Source of the DNA: an uncultured virus (IMG/VR IMGVR_UViG_3300042569_002050)
Taxonomy: Duplodnaviria > Heunggongvirae > Uroviricota > Caudoviricetes
Strand: one strand, 5' to 3'
IMG/VR virus record: IMGVR_UViG_3300042569_002050
Coordinates: 112,148 to 132,147 of that record
Length of the DNA: 20,000 nucleotides
The position numbers and the translations under genes are program-made. The notes under the pieces are model-generated. The model was given only the letters and a program-made list of their open reading frames with translations. It was not told the DNA's origin and searched no databases. Positions within the stretch are counted from its first letter, which is position 1; every line of letters begins with the position of its first letter. This document shows, in pieces, positions 1 to 5,531 of this stretch.

Positions 1-110
1 CTCTAATGGCTGTTTCCATGAGGAAAGATGAGGAAGCAGGTGTTGAGGGGTTAAGTGAAGATGATGTTCTTAACATGTTGGGTGGTGTGAAGCCAGTTGC
101 GGAGGCGTAG
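1..110 (+). CDS. 3' end of a hypothetical protein (partial, ...LMAVSMRKDEEAGVEGLSEDDVLNMLGGVKPVAEA*)
   Basis: Frame 3 is open from the window edge to TAG 108-110. The stop abuts the first cassette motif, as for later genes in the array. Confidence 0.6.
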   Translation, partial: LMAVSMRKDEEAGVEGLSEDDVLNMLGGVKPVAEA

Positions 111-161
111 GCTGGCGTAGTTCTTTAGTGTACATTTACGTTATAAATTAAAATTAAAATT
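105..161 (+). promoter_or_regulatory. Early cassette promoter motif copy 1
   Basis: GGCTGG (110-115), N14, GTACATTTA (130-138), then A-rich leader to ATG 162. Confidence 0.7.
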
Positions 162-554
162 ATGGCTACAAGATCATTGATTGGGATTAATTTAGACAAC
201 GGGATTACTAAAATTGTTTACTGCCATTGGGATGGGTATCCATCTGGGGTGGGTCAGACGCTAATGGAAAATTACACTTCACCTACAAAAGTAGATGCGT
301 TGTTGAGATTGGGTGATTTAAGTACACTGGCTTCAACTCCAGAACAATCAGTGGCTTACCACCGCGATAAGAAGGAACCGTGGGGGATGGTTGAACCCAG
401 GGAAGTGAATACTAGTGAATTGGGTACCGTAGCCCAAGATTATGGGGTGGATTACGTGTACACTTATAACGATAATTTCGAATGGGATTGCTCCAGACTG
501 AAGTATGCAGAAGGGGAGCTAGTACCAGTAAAGATAGTAGCCGACGTGGCTTAA
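162..554 (+). CDS. Conserved phage hypothetical protein (YCHWDGYP motif family)
   Basis: 130-aa ORF with MATRSxIG...YCHWDGYP, a pattern recurrent in phage hypothetical proteins; A-rich leader. Confidence 0.8.
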   Translation: MATRSLIGINLDNGITKIVYCHWDGYPSGVGQTLMENYTSPTKVDALLRLGDLSTLASTPEQSVAYHRDKKEPWGMVEPREVNTSELGTVAQDYGVDYVYTYNDNFEWDCSRLKYAEGELVPVKIVADVA

Positions 555-585
555 AAACGGTTCATACTTTTAATTTTTAATGGTT

Positions 586-620
586 AGAGGAGCTGGGTGT
601 CTACCCGGCTCCCTCTTTCT
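586..620 (+). terminator. Hairpin, probable intrinsic terminator
   Basis: GGAGCTGGGT (589-598) / ACCCGGCTCC (603-612), loop GTCT, followed by CTCTTTCT. Confidence 0.65.
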
Positions 621-626
621 ATGCTT

Positions 627-678
627 ATGTGGCTGGTCAAGGCTAGCAGCGTACATTGATGTTATAAAATTAAAAGTT
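627..678 (+). promoter_or_regulatory. Early cassette promoter motif copy 2
   Basis: GGCTGG (631-636), N14, GTACATTGA (651-659); ATG at 679. Confidence 0.75.
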
Positions 679-816
679 ATGATTAAAATTATTAAGAACC
701 TATACGGTTATTTGAGTTGTAAGTACTGTGGTAGAGATTGTGGATCGACTGGTTCAGGAATGTCTATTAACGGTATGTGTGAAAGATGTTATGAAAACGG
801 AGGTGATGACGAATAG
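679..816 (+). CDS. 45-aa putative zinc-ribbon miniprotein (CKYC...CERC)
   Basis: Start reassigned from 580 to ATG 679, downstream of the motif and AAAATTAAAAGTT leader. Two CxxC pairs and an acidic tail. Confidence 0.7.
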   Translation: MIKIIKNLYGYLSCKYCGRDCGSTGSGMSINGMCERCYENGGDDE

Positions 817-825
817 TTAAACCTA

Positions 826-881
826 ACGTGGCGGGGCAGAGTTCACTGCGTATATTTATAACGTAATTAAATTTAAAACGT
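826..881 (+). promoter_or_regulatory. Early cassette promoter motif copy 3
   Basis: ACGT-GGCGGG (830-835), N14, GTATATTTA (850-858); ATG at 882. Confidence 0.75.
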
Positions 882-1097
882 ATGAATATAAGCGCAGACA
901 CTCTCGCATTAATCCGCTCCGAAATTGGAGACTTCACAATATCACAGGTGGGTGGAAGGATCACACTCAGATTTGGCTTCTGGAAACGCGTCAACCTTTA
1001 TCAACTTCAAGACATCCTAGGATCTCAAGCGATGGTGTTTGAGGACGAAATCGAGGATGACGATTGCCGAACCAGATGGAACTACAAGTTAGCTTAA
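882..1097 (+). CDS. Hypothetical protein (71 aa)
   Basis: ORF lies between motif copies 3 and 4 and has an A-rich leader. Confidence 0.75.
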   Translation: MNISADTLALIRSEIGDFTISQVGGRITLRFGFWKRVNLYQLQDILGSQAMVFEDEIEDDDCRTRWNYKLA

Positions 1098-1152
1098 CGT
1101 GGTTGGGCAGGGCTCACATCGTATATTTACACCGTACTTAAAAATAAAAGTT
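1097..1152 (+). promoter_or_regulatory. Early cassette promoter motif copy 4
   Basis: ACGT-GGTTGG (1101-1106), N14, GTATATTTA (1121-1129); ATG at 1153. Confidence 0.75.
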
Positions 1153-1434
1153 ATGAACAAAAAAGAAATCAAAAACGCGATTAACAAAGCAGCATATCAG
1201 TTTGCTGAGTCACTAGGTTACGAAGTGCATGATGATGGAATGGGTGGATCGGTTGCGTTCATCAAACCGGAAACAACAAATTCTGATGACACGATCGAGT
1301 GGAGCCGTAGTTACCATGATACATGCGTGTTGAATTGGGCTAGTGATGAGGCGAAAGCCGACGCCGACAAGATCGACATGCACATGGAGTCGATCATTGA
1401 CGATCTTAAAGCTCAGTACGTTCCGAAAAAATAA
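1153..1434 (+). CDS. Hypothetical acidic protein (93 aa, MNKKEIK...)
   Basis: Start reassigned from GTG 1099, which lies inside the motif, to ATG 1153. Confidence 0.75.
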   Translation: MNKKEIKNAINKAAYQFAESLGYEVHDDGMGGSVAFIKPETTNSDDTIEWSRSYHDTCVLNWASDEAKADADKIDMHMESIIDDLKAQYVPKK

Positions 1435-1439
1435 GCGGA

Positions 1440-1494
1440 ACGTGGCTGGTCAAAGCTATCTGCGTACATTTACGACGTACTTAAAATTAAACGT
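1440..1494 (+). promoter_or_regulatory. Early cassette promoter motif copy 5
   Basis: ACGT-GGCTGG (1444-1449), N14, GTACATTTA (1464-1472); ATG at 1495. Confidence 0.75.
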
Positions 1495-1770
1495 ATGAAC
1501 AGAATAAAAATGATGGCTCTATTGAGCGAAAAGTGGAAGGTGAAGTTCGTAAGAACGACTGAGGAGTTCAATGGTTCAACAGACGGCATCTGGATGTCTG
1601 GTGAGAACGGAGAGACAAACGGTGAAGGATTTGAGCTGTTCGATTATTATAATGAAAATTACGATCAGTATGAGTTCGGCGTTCACCACAGTATCAAGGA
1701 GTGGGCTGAAAGCAGAGGCTGGTACTTCGAGTGGAACGATCCAGGAACAATCATGTTGTGGAAGGATTAA
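1495..1770 (+). CDS. Hypothetical aromatic/acidic protein (91 aa)
   Basis: ORF lies between motif copies 5 and 6; C-terminal GWYFEWNDPGT. Confidence 0.8.
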   Translation: MNRIKMMALLSEKWKVKFVRTTEEFNGSTDGIWMSGENGETNGEGFELFDYYNENYDQYEFGVHHSIKEWAESRGWYFEWNDPGTIMLWKD

Positions 1771-1771
1771 A

Positions 1772-1833
1772 GCGAGGCGGGTCAAGACCCGCTTCATATA
1801 TTTAACGTATAATAAAAATTAAAAATAAAAGTT
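1772..1833 (+). promoter_or_regulatory. Early cassette promoter motif copy 6 (10-bp hairpin)
   Basis: GGCGGG (1776-1781), N14, ATATATTTA (1796-1804); stem GAGGCGGGTC/GACCCGCTTC. Confidence 0.75.
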
Positions 1834-2052
1834 ATGAAGCAATTATTAGATCGCATTGGGTATTCAGTTGTAGGATTAATGGTATTATTATTCTTAGAAG
1901 GGATCGTCACATTAGGTAGTGCATTTAAATTCGAGACGTACAACTGGCTCGGGTACGTTGCACAAGCAATGCTCATTTACCTAGCCGTATGGCTCGCTAA
2001 TAAAGCCTACGATGATGAAGCACCTAAGAAAAACCGTCCAACTACGTTCTAA
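1834..2052 (+). CDS. Small membrane protein, 2 predicted TM helices (72 aa)
   Basis: Hydrophobic stretches IGYSVVGLMVLLFLEGIVTLG and WLGYVAQAMLIYLAVWLA; basic tail. Confidence 0.75.
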   Translation: MKQLLDRIGYSVVGLMVLLFLEGIVTLGSAFKFETYNWLGYVAQAMLIYLAVWLANKAYDDEAPKKNRPTTF

Positions 2053-2103
2053 CGTGGTTGGTCATAGTTCGGTTCGTATATTCACGGTATAAAATTAATA
2101 AGT
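2052..2103 (+). promoter_or_regulatory. Early cassette promoter motif copy 7
   Basis: ACGT-GGTTGG (2056-2061), N14, GTATATTCA (2076-2084); ATG at 2104. Confidence 0.75.
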
Positions 2104-2334
2104 ATGAAGCGTAAAAGCAAAACAAACGATCAAATGCTGATCGAGTTAATCAAGTCAAATACCCCGATGCAAAATGCATTATTAAGGGAACGTATAGTAA
2201 CTATAATGAATGCTACAGTGGATAGCATCACCAACACCCCTGAGAGTTGGAGCAACGGGATAATCCATCCAGGATTGTATCTCGAGTTAAACGATAACGT
2301 GAACGAGAAAATCGGCTTTCAACTTAACAGTTAA
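2104..2334 (+). CDS. Hypothetical protein (76 aa)
   Basis: ORF lies between motif copies 7 and 8. Confidence 0.75.
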   Translation: MKRKSKTNDQMLIELIKSNTPMQNALLRERIVTIMNATVDSITNTPESWSNGIIHPGLYLELNDNVNEKIGFQLNS

Positions 2335-2388
2335 GCGGGGCGGGGCAAAGCCCCGTTCGTATATTTACGTCGTAATAAAAAATAAAAT
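2335..2388 (+). promoter_or_regulatory. Early cassette promoter motif copy 8 (hairpin)
   Basis: GGCGGG (2339-2344), N14, GTATATTTA (2359-2367); stem GGGCGGGGC/GCCCCGTTC with AAA loop. Confidence 0.75.
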
Positions 2389-2607
2389 ATGAGCATGTTA
2401 AAATTCAATGACGGTGAAACGTTTGATTTAAGTGGGCCATTACGTTTAGAAAGACGAAAAGATGGACTGTATGTGGTGGGTGAAAACAGAATGATGGCTG
2501 TAAATGACGCTCTTGAAGGTAAGAAATACATTGAATTCACTAACTACCAACTCGCTCAAATGAGAAAGTGGGATGAGATTGACTTCAGAAACGACGATAG
2601 ATTATAA
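2389..2607 (+). CDS. Hypothetical protein (72 aa)
   Basis: ORF follows motif copy 8 and has an A-rich leader. Confidence 0.75.
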   Translation: MSMLKFNDGETFDLSGPLRLERRKDGLYVVGENRMMAVNDALEGKKYIEFTNYQLAQMRKWDEIDFRNDDRL

Positions 2608-2627
2608 ATCATTAAACTAATAAAAGT

Positions 2628-2834
2628 ATGTTAACGAAACGAATGAACGATTTAGAAAGACAAGCAGACGCGATTGAAGAAGCTGCAGTCAATAAGCAAA
2701 TTAAGGATACAATCGATGTGAACACCTTAATGAACATGAACGATATGTATTACGTAGGCAACCTAGTGGATGTAGATGGTAATGGGTGGGTGACTAAAGC
2801 TGAAGCGCAAGCGATATTAAATGAAATAAGCTAA
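2628..2834 (+). CDS. Hypothetical protein with EF-hand-like loop (68 aa)
   Basis: A-rich leader AATAAAAGT; DVDGNGWVTKAE at codons 48-59. Confidence 0.7.
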   Translation: MLTKRMNDLERQADAIEEAAVNKQIKDTIDVNTLMNMNDMYYVGNLVDVDGNGWVTKAEAQAILNEIS

Positions 2835-2898
2835 TAATCAGCCATTAAATAAGCTATATAAACGATTATCAAGTACTAACCAATAAAGATATAATAAG

Positions 2899-3072
2899 AT
2901 GAAAGTATTAATTAATAATAGTTGGATCGAGCTATCAGTATTTACGGGTATAATGTTCGGTATCGCTGAGGCCGAGGGTGAATTACTTATTATGGTGGGT
3001 CCGTTTGCCGTGATTATTAAGGCGCGGAAGTTTAAAAAACGCAACCGTAAGAAGCACCCGAACGAGCTGTAA
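2899..3072 (+). CDS. 57-aa hypothetical protein, hydrophobic core and basic tail (not in ORF track)
   Basis: Translated by hand: MKVLINNSWIELSVFTGIMFGIAEAEGELLIMVGPFAVIIKARKFKKRNRKKHPNEL*; A-rich leader. Confidence 0.65.
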   Translation: MKVLINNSWIELSVFTGIMFGIAEAEGELLIMVGPFAVIIKARKFKKRNRKKHPNEL

Positions 3073-3104
3073 CGGGCACCCGGGCAACCGGGCACTCGGG
3101 CGCG
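3073..3104. repeat. Tandem 8-bp repeat x4 (CGGGCRnn)
   Basis: CGGGCACC CGGGCAAC CGGGCACT CGGGCGCG. Confidence 0.85.
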
Positions 3105-3120
3105 TGACCGAAAAACCCTT

Positions 3121-3200
3121 ATAGACGGTATCGAGACGATAGCGGTACAATAGCGGTTTGATAGCGAAGTGCTCCCACGGTAATTGCGGTCAATCGACGG
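3121..3200. repeat. Degenerate ATAGCGGT repeats, 11-bp period
   Basis: ATAGCG at 3139, 3150 and 3161; related ATAGACGGT at 3121 and ATTGCGGT at 3183. Confidence 0.7.
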
Positions 3201-3424
3201 GCCGTAGGCAACGCAAAAAAGCTATGGGTATTCTCAACACAAACACTATAAACATGGGCCGACAGGTATATACGAATATATTTGGCTCCAAATCGCGATT
3301 CTAATTTCCGAAAATACCCCTTTGTCCCACATTTGCAAATCCCCAAAAAGAGGTCTTGAACAAAACTCGTTTCAAGTGGCAAGGTATATACGTTATATTC
3401 ACCTCAAATGTTAAACCATTAGCC

Positions 3425-3922
3425 ATGATACGCCTCACCCACGATGAAGCCAAACAATACCGTCAATTAAATCCAGACACCGATTTCAAGTACCACATGA
3501 AGTCTGCTATCGGTTACACCCTTACCCCCGATACAAATAATCCAGGCTGGGAGTCCATCACATATTATGGTGCTAGTTGGATCGATCCTACTCTTACCCC
3601 ACACAATCCTCATTACGTTTACGTTCTTTGTAACCCATCTATGCCGGGTATATGTAAGATTGGGTATACGACGACAACTGTTTATGATCGCGTTCGCCAG
3701 CTTAATTTAGCTACGGGTGTGATTACACCATGGTATCCTGTATTTGCATATAAGTGTCCTAACGGCCGTATGTTAGAGAGTGAAGTTCATAATGAACTCG
3801 AGAAATTAGGCGCACGGATCAACAAAAAACGTGAGGGTTTCTATATGTCGTCTGATGATGCGCGTAAAATTATTGAAAAATTAGGTTCTAAATATCAAAA
3901 TCAATTGAATGAAAAAGATTAA
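3425..3922 (+). CDS. T5orf172/MUG113-like GIY-YIG domain protein (putative endonuclease)
   Basis: YVYVLCNPSMPGICKIGYTT...RVRQLN...LESEVHNEL...REGF matches the T5orf172 pattern. Likely start is ATG 3425 rather than TTG 3356. Confidence 0.8.
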   Translation: MIRLTHDEAKQYRQLNPDTDFKYHMKSAIGYTLTPDTNNPGWESITYYGASWIDPTLTPHNPHYVYVLCNPSMPGICKIGYTTTTVYDRVRQLNLATGVITPWYPVFAYKCPNGRMLESEVHNELEKLGARINKKREGFYMSSDDARKIIEKLGSKYQNQLNEKD

Positions 3923-4103
3923 TTTATTAATGGTTATTATTACTTGGGTATTTGCTCACGTATTAGTTTATAACACCCACCACTATTTAGTGGAAATTTA
4001 TGGTCATTATATCCATTTTATGTTAGCTGTATTTTTACTTGCGGTATATGTTCACTATCGTTTGTTTAATCATATGATCTCTAAAATTTCCACATATTTA
4101 TAG
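3909..4103 (+). CDS. Small His-rich membrane protein, 2 predicted TM (64 aa)
   Basis: Two hydrophobic segments; overlaps the upstream stop. Confidence 0.6.
   Translation: MKKINLLMVIITWVFAHVLVYNTHHYLVEIYGHYIHFMLAVFLLAVYVHYRLFNHMISKISTYL
4094..4102 (+). promoter_or_regulatory. Putative late promoter ATATTTATA
   Basis: The same motif recurs in intergenic gaps at 4180, 6333, 9215, 12477 and 18335. Confidence 0.5.
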
Positions 4104-4110
4104 TATATAC

Positions 4111-4179
4111 GGATAGTTGTAGGGTAGTGGCTCTCAAACGGTTTTGACCAAGGAGAGTTACGTCTTATTTAAACTATTT
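4111..4179 (+). ncRNA. Long multi-stem hairpin (structured leader or small RNA)
   Basis: Nested pairings GATAGTT/AACTATT, GTAGGG/TCTTAT, GTGGCTCTC/GAGAGTTAC and GGTT/GACC, many with G-U pairs. Confidence 0.45.
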
Positions 4180-4194
4180 ATATTTATTGATAGC

Positions 4195-4719
4195 ATGGCA
4201 ATTTATAAAGTAAAAGCAGAAGATAAAGCAGCGTTGTTAAATCGTTTAGAAAGACTAAACGTTAATATCAACTCAAACGATTTGAAAAATAAATCTGCAT
4301 TCCAAAACGGAACTGTTGTAAATTATTTTGAATTGTCTGTTAACGATCCTGAACAAGAAGAAAAAATTAACTCTATATTAAACCAATCACCCGCAATAAA
4401 TAAAATAAGCGAAATGGAAAACAAGAAAAAAATGACTAAAGACGAATTAAAAGAAATGGTTCGTCAAGAATTGCAAGCTGTATTAGCTGAAAAGAAGAAA
4501 GTTAAAGACGAAGATAAAAAAGAAAAAATTGATGAGAATGAAGATGTAAGTGAAAGTTTACTTGCTGATGCTGCTCCAATTTTAGCTACTTTACTTGGTG
4601 TAGGTGGTACTTTAGCAGCTTCAATCATTGCTGACTTAAGAAAAGCAAAAACTCCAGAAGAAAAGAAACAAGTATTACAAAGCGTTGCTAACCAAATCAG
4701 CAAATCTAAAGGTTTCTAA
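4195..4719 (+). CDS. Hypothetical protein (174 aa), possible head-associated protein
   Basis: Start reassigned to ATG 4195, after ATATTTATT at 4180. Contains MTKDELKEMVRQEL and a C-terminal hydrophobic helix. Confidence 0.7.
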   Translation: MAIYKVKAEDKAALLNRLERLNVNINSNDLKNKSAFQNGTVVNYFELSVNDPEQEEKINSILNQSPAINKISEMENKKKMTKDELKEMVRQELQAVLAEKKKVKDEDKKEKIDENEDVSESLLADAAPILATLLGVGGTLAASIIADLRKAKTPEEKKQVLQSVANQISKSKGF

Positions 4720-4746
4720 TAACTCCTAGGTAAATTTATAATTATC

Positions 4747-4779
4747 GAGCGGCTTGTGAAAACAAGTCGCTCTTTCTTT
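4747..4779 (+). terminator. Intrinsic terminator
   Basis: GAGCGGCTTGT-GAAA-ACAAGTCGCTC followed by TTTCTTT. Confidence 0.8.
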
Positions 4780-4828
4780 GGCTACACCATTTTCCGTTCG
4801 TACATTGAGTATTAAAAATAATAAAATA
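4777..4828 (+). promoter_or_regulatory. Diverged copy of the early-type promoter
   Basis: TTT-GGCTAC (4780-4785), N14, GTACATTGA (4800-4808); ATG at 4829. Confidence 0.6.
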
Positions 4829-4996
4829 ATGAGATACAAAGATCTACTATTACAAAAAGTTGAGCAGTTGGACATCATGATTAACAACTTGAACCTACTT
4901 GCTAGAGAAGGACAAATCAATGATGGTCACTTCGAACAACTAAAAGACCAAATTGAGGAAATTCGTTATCAAATTTCATTAGAAAACGAAGACTAA
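4829..4996 (+). CDS. Hypothetical coiled-coil miniprotein (55 aa, MRYKDLLL...)
   Basis: Start reassigned to ATG 4829 with leader AAAATAATAAAATA. Confidence 0.7.
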   Translation: MRYKDLLLQKVEQLDIMINNLNLLAREGQINDGHFEQLKDQIEEIRYQISLENED

Positions 4997-4999
4997 TAT

Positions 5000-5242
5000 A
5001 TGTTAAGTCAAGAATGGCAGGGCATATTACATTGGGTTAAAACAGAATTAAATGAGCCTCAACGCACTCAACTTCTTACGTTATGTGAGAAGTTTGAGGC
5101 GACCCAATTACCTAAGAAAACTTTTTTTAAACTCGAGACGGAAGCCAAACCAAAGCGTCAATCTAAAAGAGATATACAGAATAAACTTATATCGGAAAAC
5201 CCCAACGCAGATAATTTACAAAATATTTTAAAAGGATTTTAA
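5000..5242 (+). CDS. Hypothetical protein (80 aa)
   Basis: ORF is tightly packed in the operon. Confidence 0.7.
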   Translation: MLSQEWQGILHWVKTELNEPQRTQLLTLCEKFEATQLPKKTFFKLETEAKPKRQSKRDIQNKLISENPNADNLQNILKGF

Positions 5243-5243
5243 T

Positions 5244-5531
5244 ATGGAAATAATAATAGGAATATTAGGATTTATAATTATAGTTCTAGGTTTTACAACT
5301 TGGAATCTATTAATGAAGAATGAAAAAGCAGAAGATTTAATTAATGAACAAGATACGTTAATTAATGATTTAACTTCTAGTGTAATTAAAATAGATGAAG
5401 TTATTACACAATTAGACTCATCAGGTGCATTTGAAAACGATGATGAAATAGGAACATTTTTTGAACAAATAAAAAGTATGAGAGATACTTTATTAAACAA
5501 TTTAGATAAAAAAGTAGAAAATAATGTATAA
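5244..5531 (+). CDS. Membrane-anchored coiled-coil protein (95 aa)
   Basis: N-terminal TM IIIGILGFIIIVLGFTTW followed by an acidic coiled coil; overlaps the sigma gene start. Confidence 0.75.
   Translation: MEIIIGILGFIIIVLGFTTWNLLMKNEKAEDLINEQDTLINDLTSSVIKIDEVITQLDSSGAFENDDEIGTFFEQIKSMRDTLLNNLDKKVENNV

Noticed and set aside
580..678. ORF-track upstream starts at 580, 1099, 3356, 4144 and 4778
   Set aside because: These extensions run through hairpins or promoter motifs. The downstream ATGs (679, 1153, 3425, 4195, 4829) have better leaders or motif spacing.
1571..1822. Alternative + frame ORF (83 aa)
   Set aside because: It overlaps 1495-1770 and crosses motif copy 6, with no leader.
105..2388. 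Repeat array as CRISPR or true integron attC sites
   Set aside because: The repeats are degenerate and separated by whole ORFs of variable length. No cas or integrase gene is in the window, and there are no RYYYAAC/GTTRRRY ends.
3119..3382. 87-aa minus-strand ORF in the junction
   Set aside because: It spans repeats and palindromes, has non-protein-like composition and no start signal. It cannot be fully excluded.
4111..4179. tRNA gene
   Set aside because: It folds as one long hairpin with no T-loop GTTC consensus or cloverleaf.
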